The translations under genes and the position numbers were made by a program. The notes beneath the pieces were generated by a model. That model was not told the DNA's origin. It did no database searches and was given only the letters and a program-made list of their open reading frames with translations. A DNA stretch of 64,000 nt, taken from assembly GCF_006345805.1 (NCBI RefSeq), contig NC_043014.1, positions 24,552,001 to 24,616,000 of the forward strand, given 5' to 3'. The stretch comes from Octopus sinensis. Its lineage: Eukaryota. Below, piece by piece: positions 26,291 to 40,480 of this stretch (positions within the stretch are counted from its first letter, which is position 1; every line of letters begins with the position of its first letter).

Positions 26291-26449
26291 ATATGTATAT
26301 ATATATATATGTATGTATGTATATATATGTATGTATGTATATATATATGTATGTATGTATGTATATATATGTATGTATATACATATATATATGTATGTAT
26401 ATACATATATATATGTATGTATGTATATTTATATATATATTTATTTTTA

Positions 26450-29400
26450 TTTATTTTATTTTATCTAGTTTCAGCTCATGAGCTGTGGCCATGCTGGGGC
26501 ACCGCCATTCGGTGTTGCTACATGATTTTACTTCACGAATGCTTTTTAGCAATTGCCATTGGGTGCATGAGAGAGTTCGATGCAGCTGCCTACGTCTCTT
26601 CTACAGATTGAGCAGGGCCATCTACCTGAAGGCGTTTGTGGTTTGTCTACCTTCCTACTTATTACGACTTTGTTTTCAGCTAGGTTGACTCTAAGGCCCT
26701 TTGATTCTAATCCTTGCTTCCACACCTGAAACTTCTCCTCCAGTTCTGATAGTGATTCAGCAATTAGAGCGAGGTCATCAGCATAGAGGAGCTCCCAGGG
26801 GCATCCTGTCTTGAATTCCTCTGTTATTGCCTGGAGAACTATAATAAATAGGAGTAGGCTGAGAACTGAACCTTGGTAGACACCTACTTCTACCTTGAAT
26901 TCTTCACTGTACTTGTTGCCAACCCTCACCTTACTAACGGCATCCCTGTACATGGCTCGCACAGCTCTCACTAACCATTCATCTATCCCTAGTTTCCTCA
27001 CTGACCGCCAGATAAGGGATCGAGGGACCCTGTCAAAGGCTTTCTCCATGTCAACAAAAGCCAGGTACAGAGGTTTATCTTTGGCTAGGTATTTCTCCTG
27101 CAGCTGTCTTATCAGGAATATAGCATCAGTGGTGCTTTTCTCTGGCACGAACCCAAACTGCATCTCATCTAAACTGACTCTCTCTCTAATTAGTTGTGCT
27201 AAGTCCCTCTCCATGACCTTCATTACTTGATCCACCAACTTGATACCTCTGTAATTATTTGTATCTAGGGCGTCACCTTTACCTTTGTAGCAGTTGACTA
27301 TTATGCTGCTACACCAGCAATTGGGTATGATTCCTTCGTATATCACCTGGTTAACTATATGGGTGACTAGGCTATAGCCGACACTGCCAGATATTTTGAG
27401 CATCTCTGCGGTGATTCCTGGTGGCCCTGGGGCTTTTCCTGCCTTCATACTCTTGATTGCTTTATCTACCAAGGTACTGTCAACTCGGATAGCTGGTCCC
27501 TCTGTTGGATCGACATTCAGCAGACTCTCTTTCTCCCATTCATTCTCTTTATTGAGCAACCTTTCATAGTGGCGTCTCCAAACCTCTCTCTTTGCAGCCT
27601 TGTTTAGTGCAAGTGAACCATCATCCATACAGACACATTTCTCTCATACGACATCACAATTCTCTCTTTCTCACACTGTCTTGCAACATGAAATACTTCA
27701 AGTCTTTGGTCCTCACGGTGCAGAACATTGGCAAATTTTTTCTTATCTGCTTCCCTTCTGCTTAAATAAACCTGTCTCCTAGCTTCCCTTCTGGCAGTCT
27801 GGTGCAATTCCCTGCTAACTCCGTTCTTCCAGTCCCTCCAATCCTGTTTCTTTTGTCTAATAGCCCTGTCAACCACATTGTTCCACCACCACGTTACCTT
27901 GGATCGAGAGGGGACTTTGCACCATCCACAGATCTGGTCAGTGGCTCTCAGCAGGTTGTCCCGTAGAAACCTCCAGTTGTCTTCTACATTATGTGATGCT
28001 ATATCCCATTCTATTTCATCGAAGGCTTCGAGTAATACGTCTCTAAATCTCTGTCCATTTGCAGGATCTTTAAGCTTCCTGACCCTTCTCCTCCAAGCTA
28101 GTCTTCTACTGGGCATCAATTTAGCCCTGATCCTGAAGTCACTAACTACTAATCTATGTTGAAGAGTACATTCTTCGCTTGGGAAGGTTTTGGCATTTAT
28201 GAGCAGCCCTCTTTCCCTTTTTCTGGCAAGTATGTAGTCAGTGTGTCTGCCAGAACAGTAGGTGACTAGGTGAGAGGCGGGTTTCCTGAAGTTTGTATTA
28301 CAAACCATAAGATCATTTGCATCGCAGAACTCCAGCAGCCTGGTTCCCTCATTGCAAGAACCAAAACCATAGCCTTTATGTATGTCATGGAAGCCCCTGA
28401 CATGTCGACCAACATGTCCATTGAAGTCACCAGCCACAAAGAGAAGGTCCCTGTCATTTGTGAACGAGGTAGTCTACAATAGGGTGTCATAGAATCGGTC
28501 TTTCTGCCCCTCCGGTAGCCCCGGTTAAGGGGCATAGGCCAAGATAATGGTAGCTGACCTATGGTGAAGCACTAATCAAATCGTAAATACTCTGTTGCAT
28601 ACTCTGACTACCTCGATTACCTTATTAACCCATTTCTCCACAAGAAGTATACCCACAACCCCAACCCTGTCAGTGTTCCCTGCCCAGAAAATCTTGTACC
28701 TGTGTTCTTTGCCTGTGAGGAACCTAGCGGAACCTTCTCTCCACCTTAGTTCTTGGATGCAGCACAAATCTCCACATCTCCGTTCAAGCATCTCAACAAT
28801 CTCACCAGTCCTACCTTTCAGTGTGCCAACTCTGATGGTGTGGGAGGTGTGGGCCTCTGAGACCATAGGATGAGGGACAGCAGTGTCATGTACTTGAAAA
28901 GAAAGCTTGCATATGGCGGAATTCATAAAGAAACACTAGACTACAACCTACATACACTACACCATTTTTATGCGCTATATGATTAAATAAACCCTACGTA
29001 GGGGTGGCATTTGGCCTTTAGAAGTGTTCGCAGGAGGTAGACAAGGAAGATATAGGTTAGTAACTTCCGGTTAAGGTGGAAGGGGTGTGAGGGCGGAAGT
29101 ACCGCGACCCAGCAAGTTTAGACTAGAACATCATCTTCTGCACTTCTATACTGTGGTTAAACAAATTTAGAGAGAATGAAAATAACGAAATGATAACGTT
29201 AAATAAAATAAATAAAATATAAGGATTAACAGATATTCATGATCTTAAGACAAACAAGGAAGACGAAGCTATCGGAACTATGTTTACATGATAAAGAAAT
29301 AGATGGATAATAGAGAACGAATGGTGGGGTGGGATATGGGGTTAGGGTTACAATCTACGCATTAACAGGAGTATAGGAATGAGGTTGTAAAGTCAAAATT

Positions 29401-30300
29401 TTCCTTATCTGAACATCTGAAATCCGTATTCTATCAGCAGAGGAATTGAAAATCGAGAAGGGGAAAAAAACAGAGCATACACTAGTTTATTTAGAGTTAG
29501 GGTGGGGGAGGGAGTGTTGGTGTATCAGGTGGGAAATCGAAGAGAGAAAGGCGGGGTTAGGCAGTAAATACAACACGAGGAAGAAGAAGAATATTCTTAG
29601 GGATTCTCTGTGATGAAACAGCAAATGCTGAAGTCGTAAGATAGAATTGAAAAATATTTTTTGAGATTTTGGGAAACATAATTTAATGAAACAGCAGTGG
29701 TAAGTCAAAGAGAGCGACAGTGAGCATAGAGAGAGGGGTCAGAGTTAGGTGGTCAGGCAGTAAATACAACACGAGGAAGAAAAATATTCTTAGGGATTTT
29801 GTGTAACATAAATTAATGAAACAGCAAATGCCGAAATCGTGTGATAGAATTGAAAAATATTTTTTGAGATTTTGGGAAATATAATTTAATGAAACAGCAG
29901 TGGTAAATTGAAGAGAGAGACAGTGGGCATAGACAGAAGGGTCAGAGTTAGGTGGTCAGGCAGTAAATACAACATGAGGAAGAAGAATATTCTTAGGGAA
30001 TTTGGGCAAGTTTAGACTAGAGCATCATCTTCTGCACTTCTATACTATGGTTAAACAAATTTAGAGAGAATGAAAATAATGAAATGATAACCTGGAATAA
30101 AATATATAAAATATAACGATTAACATGATCTTAAGACAAACAAGGAAGACGAAGCTATCGGAACTATGTTTACATGATAAAGAAATAGATGGATAATAGA
30201 GAACGAGTGGGGTGGGTGGGATATGGGGTTAGGGTTACAATCTACGCATTAACAGGAGTACATGAACGAGGTTGTAAAGTCAAAATTTTCCTTCTCTGAA
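26450..30300 (-). mobile_element. Near full-length RTE LINE (APE plus RT, disrupted) with a tandem-repeated 5' region and a foreign 3' tail
   Basis: ORFs 28576-28926 (MNSA...RVGTLKGR), 27604-28437 (AGDFNGHVG), 26546-27628 (FVDMEKAFDRVP, YQGSVLS, LYADDL). 5' UTR 28930-29110 is homologous to 41310-41520. 29110-30300 contains direct repeats. Confidence 0.9.
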
Positions 30301-30319
30301 CATTATAAATATATATATA

Positions 30320-31310
30320 TATATACATGCCCACAGTCACTTGGCCTGCCATTGTCATTAGCTATGCCAATGACAAAATTATTGCAGGCAGTGAAAAACC
30401 AAGAGAATGTCAGAAGCTTGCAGTGGGACCTGAACTCAGTATACAATTAGGCCGAAATAAAGAACATACAGTTTAATGCTGGAAAATTTCAAGTACTGCA
30501 ATGTAAACTCAGTGCCGATACAGTACAATCCCAGAGTCACAGGCTGTGAATGACTTGGGGATCAGCATGTGCAATGATGCATCATTTCATATGCACATAA
30601 GCAAGATGGCAGACAAAGTGCAGACAACTGGCAGGATGGATACTGAGGTCCTTCAAGACAAGAGACCAAGAAATTATGTTGACCCCGTGGAGAAACTGTT
30701 CTCAACCATCCAGTTATGGTCACCATATAGCTTGAAGCAGTTATTGTCACCATATAGCTTCAAGCAGTCCAATGCCACTACACTAAAAAGATTGAAACAG
30801 TGCAGTGGATGAACTATAGCGATAGGCTGAGAAAGCTAAAGCTCTACTCCTTGGAGCAAAGGCATGACAGATATGGAAAATCCTAGAAGGGCTAGTACCT
30901 ATCTTTGGCATTGAGTGCTATACCAATGCCAGAACTGGCCGCCATTTTATTGTACCAAAGGTACTGTCCACTCCATCTAAATTCAGGGCCAGGTATTGCA
31001 ATAGTCTATGGTTCAAAGGCTCACAGCCTTTTGATGACCTGTCACAAAAATTTAGAAATTTGCATAAGGTGGAAGCAGATGTCACCAAAGACATCTCCTC
31101 CTCTCTATAATACCAGAATTAAGCAACACCCCAACATGAGGGGCAGATGTGTTCAGTGGAATGAAACTCAGTTATACATCAAGTGTAGCAACAGCTGGGA
31201 AAAGGGCACATACAGGAATGGTGATGTGAAACACCCAGACTGAGAAGGTTAGAAAGACCGTGGTGATGCTCCAGCATGACCATGGCCGCATGGCTGAAAT
31301 GAATAAAAGA
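30320..31310 (+). mobile_element. Highly decayed CR1/L2-group LINE 3' portion
   Basis: Nucleotide similarity to 1500-2490 (TTTAATGCTGGAAAATTTCAA, ACTCCTTGGAGCAAAGG, GGAAAATCCTAGAAGG); tail GGTGATGCTCCAGCATG...GGCTGAAA. Confidence 0.7.
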
Positions 31311-31856
31311 ACCAAGAAGGCTTGGCAAGCCTTCGCTATTCTTCGGCCAGTATGGAAGTCCACTGCCATCTCAACTCGAACTAAACTCTGCTTATTTGGT
31401 TCAAATGTAAAATCTGTGCTTTTGTATGGCTCTGAAACATGGAGAGCCACCTGCAGCAACTACAAGAAGATCCAGACCTTCATCAACAAATGTCTCTGGC
31501 AGATCCCCCACCTAAAGTGGTTTGACAGAGTGCCAAACACCAACCTTTGGGAAAGGGCCAACCAGGAGCCCATACATGTTCAGATTACATGTAGGAAATG
31601 GAGATGGATCAGACAAACACTACAGAAAGAACCCTCAAATATGACATTACAAGCACTTGACTGGAACCCATGGGGGAAAAGGAAGCGAGGATGCCCGGGG
31701 CAGACATGGAAGAGGAGCATTTTGGACGAGCTCAAGTCCACTGGCCTGACATGGGAAGCAGCCAAGAAATATGCCAATGACCACAAAAAGTGAAAAACAA
31801 CTGTTGAGGCGCTATACTCCACGAGGGGCAAAAAGGAATAAGAAGAAGTTTAAGTA
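31310..31856 (+). mobile_element. 3' fragment of a second RTE-clade LINE family
   Basis: AFAILRPVWKS..ISTRTKL.LF.SNVKSVLLYGSETW...WRWI..TL...ALDWNP.GKRKRG.P.QTW; TAAGAAGAAG tail. Confidence 0.85.
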
Positions 31857-31899
31857 TATATATAAATATATACAAGATAAGAAAATGGAGAAATACATC

Positions 31900-33068
31900 T
31901 AAATCAAATATCAATTACCTGATAATATTCAATCACATACTTTATTAAACCACCACATAAGAGACTGTAGGGTTAAATATAAAAAAGCAGAACAAATCAG
32001 TGTACATGAAGGAATGTACATAAAAAAGTGTACATAAAAGAGTAATGTTGTATAATAAGTAGAATATATATAAAAAAGAGAATATAAATATAAGTAAATA
32101 TAAATATAAGTATAGATTACATCTTACAGCTGTTTCGGCCATGTAGATAAGTATGTCTCATTTTACCAATATTAGCCTTTTATGGTAGGTCAATATATAG
32201 ATATAAATGAGACATTTACAAAAATATCATAAGGCCTCTTCGGAGATATACATATACATATGAGTGCATATACTCACACTCCTATACATATAAAAATATA
32301 CATATACATAATGATGTAAATAAATAATATAAATTAGTAAACATATATATGTTCCACATTCAATGTTTCAGTTTTTCAACTTAATATTGTGATAATAAAC
32401 ATACACATATTAGTACCTAGATGCAAATAAACAGTCAATAGTACATTATATTACTTCCTACTAATTTCCAAAGTGACATTAAAGTTAACATCATTATCGT
32501 TGTCAATACCATTAATGCTACCATTATTATCATTCATAATATTATTAATAACGCTTACATAGGATCCAAAGTGGCACATATGTATGTCCGGATTCCAGTT
32601 AGTAATTTTCCTTATGACATAAATACACTATTGGATTTGAATTTAAATTATCATTGTCTTACTCACGGTTGGTTCATTGAGAGCCGCCTGACCTCTACCA
32701 CACCGCACAGGAAAAACATCCACATCCAACCCTAAACCCACACGTCCACATAAAAACCCACACACACATGAATACACCCCGACACATCCCTACACATTCA
32801 CTAGATTGCAGAGTGTATGTCTGTCATCGCATGGCTGATAGACAAATCAGTACAGGCAGCAGTGTCTATACACTAACACACACACTCACATGCGCATCCG
32901 CATATACTCATAAATATTAATACACTCTCATATACCGTATCAGGGAACATTCGCACACACATATATACATATTTAAATATATATCTGCGCACTCATACGT
33001 ACAAATAAAACCTGGTGGTTTAATAAAGTATGTGATTGACTATAATCTGGTAATTGATATTTGATTTA
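31900..33068. mobile_element. PLE tail foldback bounded by ~56-bp inverted repeats
   Basis: 31900-31955 is the reverse complement of 33013-33068; HHR motif on minus at 32121-32247. Confidence 0.65.
32121..32247 (-). ncRNA. Minimal type I hammerhead motif (U4C variant)
   Basis: ATCT-CCGAAGA-GGCC..long loop..GGCC-GAAAC-AGCT-GTA-AGAT. Confidence 0.7.
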
Positions 33069-33074
33069 ACTTTA

Positions 33075-36000
33075 AGGAAATTAACTACAAAATCAAGGAA
33101 GTTATGAGCAAATTAGACCTCCTGGACAGAACAGAACCTATTAAACCACAAGTACCCAAAATTACTATTAAAGACCATAATAAAGACTTCCCAGATAGTG
33201 TAGGAGTACGATTAATCTGTCCGACTAAATCGGATATCGGCAGACTTAGCAAGACCATCCTGGACAGGGTGATCCCACACATCAAACCCCACATCCCACT
33301 CCAACTATGGATTAACACCAACGATGTGCTAGAATGGTTTAACACTATCACCAATAGGCCCGACTACTCATTCATCCAATTCGACATAGCTAGCTACTAC
33401 GCCAGTATATCCCCCATCTTACTTAACAAATCCCTTATTTTTGCCCGCAACCTTTCACTCATAGACAGAAAAAATTGACATAATTCTATTAGCTAGAAAA
33501 ACCATAATAGAATTCGATGGTAGACTCTGGACCAGATCCGATACCCCCGACAATTTCGATGTGGCTATGGGCTCGAGCGATTCAGCTCAGGTGACTGACT
33601 TGGTCGGGGCCTACTTGCTCAAGAAGCTTTTCTCCGAGGTACCGGATCTTCAGGGGGGTCTATACAGAGACGACGCTCTCTTCATATACCCCACCAACAA
33701 TAGGAGTAAACTAGAAAGAATTAGGAAAAAGATCAGGCTTTTTTTCAAATCCTTCAATCTTAAACTAGAATTATGACCAATACTAAAATAGTAAACTTCT
33801 TAGATGTTACGTTAGATTTGAATAAGCACCTTCACTACCCGTATAGGAAACCAGAAGAAACTACCAAATACATCCATACCTCTTCCAACCATCCACCCTG
33901 TATAATTAGCACCACGGTCCAAGCCATCTCAGACAGACTGACAAAACTATCCTCTAATAGAGAAATTTTCAATAATCATGCACAACACTACAACCAGGCT
34001 CTCTATAGTGCCGGGTATAACCAGAGAATATCATATGTAGACCACCCGGGAGCGTCCGTCGGCCATAAGACTCCCAATTATAATCGAACTCAGCACTCAA
34101 CTCACACTAGCGATAATTCTAATTTAAACTCCAAACAACGTATAGGAAATAGGCGAACTAATAGAACAGCACACAATAGTAACCTCCCGACGAGAGCAAT
34201 ATAGATCCTATTAGGAGAAACAGAAGGGATAATAGTAGATTACGCAAATATATATGGTTCAACATACCTTTCAACTTAGCAGTTAGGGGTAAGTTATGCA
34301 AGAGAATATTCTCTATAATTTCCAACAACTTCCCACCCACCCACAAGTATAGAAGTATCTTCTCCAACAAAACTATTAGGATTTCCTACTCTACCCTGCC
34401 CAACATGAGCTGCCTCATAGCTAAACATAACTATATTAATATTAGAACAGCTAGATCAAGAGCAAACCATAGCGACCAACAGAACCCCCCTCATCCAGAC
34501 AGTAGACAATATAACCAGACTGGCAGCCATACTACCCAAACAGTTAGTAATAACACCCGCCAACACAACAGAGGAAATACTACACCCATCAACAACCAGG
34601 AGGATACCAACGCCCCCACTCGTATTGCAACACCTCCGCCTGGGATTAGCAGCACACGACCGAACAATGCAATGCAATGCAACTGCAGATGTGCATCAGA
34701 GTGCCCGCTGCAGGGCGCATGTAGGGCGAAAAACGTAATATACTCATGTGAGGTGAGTACTCAGTTTAACACACTCACCTATATTGGTTGCTCAACCTCC
34801 TGGAAATCCAGATACTACAACCACCGGTCCTTGCTGAGACACAGACATAAGGCTAACAGCACCTCCCTCTCTAAAAGAATTTGGGAATTAAAAGACAAAT
34901 GCATAGGCTTCAAACTCAGATGGTCCATCATCGGATCAGCTGCACCTTATTTAAATAATAGAGCAGGATGCCAACTATGCTGTGTAGAACTCCTTAACAT
35001 CTTGAAATTCAAAGACAAACACAATCTTATTAACAAAAGGTCAGAGTTCAAACCATCCTGTATACATAAACTTATTAATATTTCAAATACTACAATGCTT
35101 AGGTCTTATACCAACTCCCCCATGCAATTTCCTCCCACCCGGTGCAACCTGTCGGCTCCAGCACATCCCACTTTCCTATATGTGTGTGTATATGTGTATG
35201 TGTGTGTGTGTGCGTATGTATGTGCACATACGTGTACGTATGTGTACATATACATATATATGTACATGTGCGTGTGTGTGTGGGTGTGTGTACGTGCATA
35301 TAGGGTTCCCTGCATTTTCCCCCTATATATACAAATTTTGTCTCCAATATGTGACTTCTTTTCCCTAAATATTTCTTCTCCTACGCCCATATCCTCCCTA
35401 TGTAGTCTCTTTAATCCCCTATATCTATACCCTTTCACATTTCTAACTCAGATGTTGAACGCACACCGCCAAACTCCACTTCCCACCCTTCCAATTTTCA
35501 GTTCCCCCCGCCCGCCCCTACGTTTAACACACACCTCTAGCTTTCAACCACCTTCATCTCATGTTAAACTTTACAAAATTATATTTTTATCTTATTTTAT
35601 TTTTATTTTTTTTTACTTTTATTTTTACTTTTATCCTACTTCCATTTATTTTTATTTTTATTTTTAATTTTATTTTTACTTTTATTCTACTTCCATTTAT
35701 TCTCATTTTCATTTTCATCCTTACCTTAACTCTTATAATTTTTATAATTCTTATACTTCATTTCTAACTATTACATTGTATTTCTTATTTTATACTGTAT
35801 TTTTTATTTCTAATCTTACCCTTACCCTCATTCTTACCCCTAAATTATCGCTTTACACCTCTATATATGTTTATTTACTTACCTATGGATCCACCTTTTG
35901 AATATACGAGCGTCCACGTACGTGTGTATACGCATACATACATATGCACGCGCATATATGTACATGCATACTTCGATATCTTATAGCTATACCCATGTGC

Positions 36001-37050
36001 GCGTGTGTCTCTGTGTGTGTATATGAGTGTATATGTGCACGCACATACGGACACACAGCCGTGTGTGCGTGCGCGTATTGACATGAGTACGGGATTCTTT
36101 ACATACGTTCTTATACACATCCTTTAATATCTTATACCTGGACCTAGAGGCGTGGGCATATACGTGTGTGTATGTAGTGATGGGCGTGCGTATATGCATG
36201 TGAGCGTGTACGCGCGTAATGTCCGTGTATATATGCGGATATTCTGTTGTATGTATGTGTGTGTACGCGCGTGCGTGTGGGTGCGTGTGTGTTTATGTAC
36301 GTGTTTACACGCGAGTACGTGTGTATGCTTATAGGCTTGGAGGCGTATATGTACGCGTGTATGTGGGTGTATATATCCATGATGATATGTATGTACTAGA
36401 AGTCCATTTAATTCAAGGAACCAGATTAAATGCTCATCAGCTCTGATTTACAACGCATTAAGTCCCCAGACGAAACTGTTGATGTACTGGCAATTCTACA
36501 ACTAAATTTTATCAATCTCCTGACCACCATGCTTGGTCCATAACCTCTATACATCCCTTATCTTTACATTCTTTTACACTTTTATCATGTTTTTATCAGG
36601 TTTTTTACTTTTATTTCTATTTCTATTTTTACTTTATATTTCTTTATACCCCCTTTACATCACCTTACAACCCTTTATCCTCTACATTTTTATATTATTC
36701 TATACTTACACTTTTTATACATTTTTTATCCCTCGTCCCGAACTCTCGCCCCTCCATCTTCACCTCTATATATGTATTTATTTATTTACATTACCTCAAC
36801 ATCCAATTTTCCTCATTCTACATTGAGAGAAGAAAGAGATGGACGCTTCAACTCTATGCTGCTGCCGCATTATGTCGTACGTGAATGAGAAGATTTGCAT
36901 CCCCAACCAAGAACTTTTGATGTAACACATGTCCTTGTGGAAGCTGTTGTGCGCGGCTGAAGAAGGCCACAGACATACATTATGCATTGTTATAAATCTG
37001 TCTAATAAAGGCCCGAAACATATGTACCGCTGAATCCTTCGCATCATGTT
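33075..37050 (+). mobile_element. Penelope-like retroelement (RT plus C-terminal GIY-YIG, Naiad-like), frameshifted, with a ~1.9-kb microsatellite-rich 3' UTR ending in an HHR
   Basis: TIKDH..F...RLICP.KSDIG, FIQFDIASYY, MGSSDS, GLYRDDAL, NFLDVTLDL, YIHTSSNHPP, IWFNIPF, CNCR....CPLQGAC, VIYSC...TYIG, CQLC..E, NKRSE....C.H; frameshifts near 33470, 33775 and 34200. Confidence 0.92.
36953..37030 (+). ncRNA. Minimal type I hammerhead motif at the PLE 3' end
   Basis: GCGG-CTGAAGA-A-GGCC..GGCC-C-GAAAC-ATAT-GTA-CCGC. Confidence 0.75.
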
Positions 37051-37089
37051 TTTATTTTATTCTGATCAATATATATATATATATATATA

Positions 37090-37990
37090 TAGTAATTTAT
37101 TTCTGTTAGTTTATTTACCTGTGTATTTATTATGTTTTCAGGATCCTCTATCGTCATATGTTGTGGTGTGTGTTAGTGCTCCATTCTAGTTTTCTATTCA
37201 GGCTAGGTTTATTTTCTATTATGTGTGTAGCTTCTGTGTCTCTTTAACTCTGTGGGCTCGCACATGCATGACACATTTCTCATTATTCTGACGAGGTCTG
37301 CCATCAAAATATTGAATTTGGCATTGTCTGCAATGGCTGAGTTCCAGTGGATCAAGTATTTTGAGGCCATAGGTTTGGCATAGTATGAATGAAGGATTTG
37401 GGTTTTATTATTCACAATTTCTAGCCAGAGTTCGGTGTCTAGTACTGGTAGTCTATGGTTGGGGTGTTTAGTGGGGTAGTCTATTGTGACCTTAATACTC
37501 TGGTGGATGGAGTTAGCTATTATTTTAAATTGTGCTTCTATGTGGTCATTATTATGTCTAGGGATGTAGACTCTTTTGTTGAAGGGTAATGTAAAGCCAG
37601 AAATGTAGTCTATAGTATAAGATGTATAGAGGGACGATGCAGTAACAAGACAACGACATACGCAGGGGAAACGGCAAGAAGCATAGGAGAGCGGGTAAAT
37701 GAGCATTGGAGACAACTCAAGGAAGGTAAAAGCTCATCGATTCTGTACCAACACGCCGAACAAGAACACGGGGGATCAATCAATAACATAGAAATTAAAA
37801 TATTATCCACACATAGATCAGATGCAACAATTAGACAAATTACAGAAGCTACACACATAATAGAAAATAAACCTAGCCTGAATAGAAAACTAGAATGGAG
37901 CACTAAGACACACCACAAGATATGACGATAGAGGATCCTAAAAACATAATAAATACACAGATAAATAAACTAATAGAAATAAATAACTAT
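37090..37990. mobile_element. Second-clade PLE fragment in inverted (tail-out) arrangement
   Basis: Minus 37600-37237: RT thumb LPVLDTELW...YYAKPMAS..LIHWNSA. Plus 37605-37923: GIY-YIG VYSIRC...YAGETARS..ER..EH...SSILYQH...EA..I...KPSLN. Inverted repeats 37090-37237 and 37842-37990. Confidence 0.85.
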
Positions 37991-38039
37991 ATATATATGT
38001 ATATATATATATACGTATATATATTAATTTTATAGAAGG

Positions 38040-38091
38040 AGCTTCTAAAGGACTAGAACTGTTTCATTCAAAAGAAATCATCAGGAAGCTA
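38040..38091 (-). ncRNA. Type I hammerhead motif (stem III partly decayed)
   Basis: AGCTTC-CTGATGA-T-TTC[TTTT]GAA-T-GAAA-CAG..CCTT-TA-GAAGCT. Confidence 0.65.
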
Positions 38092-38315
38092 GGTGACAAG
38101 AATAGTTTTGGCATTTATACATTTAGGCAGGTTTAGGGGGACTTTTTGGGGTAGGCATGGCGCAAACTATCATTCTTAGGGGAGTGGTCAAAGGAATCAG
38201 TGATAAAGTAGATAAAAGAATAAATAGAATAATAGAGTTTTAGGTAAATAAGGAGACTCTCACTTATACATATATATATACATGTATACATATACACACA
38301 CACACACATATATAT

Positions 38316-38376
<61 letters not shown>

Positions 38377-39287
38377 TACATACACATACTCACATACATC
38401 CATATACACATGTACATATGCACCCATTTACATACATCTACGTATACACCCATACCCATGCTCATACATACACACATATATATATAAATAAATATAAAAG
38501 AGGATATACACCCCCATACACACACGCTCACATATCTATATATATATATATATACACACATACATACACACACTTATATATATATATATATATATACATA
38601 CATACACATACATATGCATATACATACACACACATACACACACATTTCTTCCCTTATTTTAATTTTATTTTTATTTTTATTTTTATTTTTATTTTTATTT
38701 TGACCTCGACCAACCAGGCCGGCACTGATGTAAGGTCCTCCCTAGGGAGCTAGCCTAGCTGGCCTAAAGAAACCATTTATTGCCCCTCTCCCTTCCTTTC
38801 TATCTTTCTTCCCACTGATACGAACACAAACACTCACACACGCACACTCATACACATACACAAACGCACGTGTTATATTCATACATACATAAGTGTACCG
38901 ACTTTCACATAAACGTACACATAACTATGTACACACAAAACCACATATATAAATGTACTTCAGTACACATAAACACACATGAACATTTGCCCGCATATAT
39001 AGACGCATATGCCTATATACAGACATTTGTGCATATAAACATACATACGCATATATACGCATCCATACGCCTTTAAGTACATATTAGCACACATGCATGC
39101 ATACACGTGTACATAAAAGCATACCTACATATATCTACCTACACACATACATATACATACATGCACGTATATACACATATGTACACGTACCTACAAATTC
39201 ATATCTACACGCATACACATACATACATCTACACACACACAGAAGACTAGTCCATATATATACACAAATATATATATACACATATAT

Positions 39288-39324
<37 letters not shown>

Positions 39325-39757
39325 CACGCACGCACATACCTACATATACATACACATATATACTTACACCAGTCATATACATACTTACATACACATGCAT
39401 CCATATATCTATACATATACATACACATATATATACACATGCACATACTAATACACATACGCATATCTACGCACATACACGCACACACATCTATCTACCT
39501 ATATAAAAAAAAGAAACCCAACAAGTCCATACATATACACGCATACACATACATACATACATATACACATATATACCCATACATATATACACATATATAC
39601 ACATACACATATATACACACATGTATATATATATATATATATAAACATACATATACATACACACACATCTACATACACATACATATACATCCGTACGCAC
39701 ACCCATATACATACATCCACACAGAGGTATACAGGCATATCCACACATATATATACA

Positions 39758-39820
<63 letters not shown>

Positions 39821-40480
39821 GAACGCACACAAATACACATATATACACATATATACACCAATGCACATACGCATACATAAATGTATGCGTATGCGCATTG
39901 GTGTATATATGTGTATTTGTGTGGGTTCGTGTGTATATATATATATATATATATAGGTGTATATATATGTGTGGATATGCCTGTATACCTCTGTGTGGAT
40001 GTATGTATGTATATGGGTGTGCGTACGGATGTATATATATACATGTGTGTATATATGTGTATGTGTATATATGTATGGGTATATATGTGTATATGTATGT
40101 ATGTATGTGTATGCGTGTATATGTATGGACTTGTTGGGTTTCTTTTTTTATATATGTAGATAGATGTGTGTGTGTGTATGTGCGTAGATATGCGTATGTG
40201 TATTAGTATGTGCATGTGTATATATATGTGTATGTATATGTATAGATATATGGATGTATGTGTATGTAGGTATGTATATGACTGGTGTAAGTATATATGT
40301 GTATGTATATGTAGGTATGTGCATGCATGTATGTGTGTATATATATATATATGTATGTATATATATGTATATGTATATATATGTGTATATATATATTTGT
40401 GTATATATATGGACTAGTCTTCTCTGTGTGTGTAGATGTATGTATGTGTATGCGTGTAGATATGAATTTGTAGGTATGCG

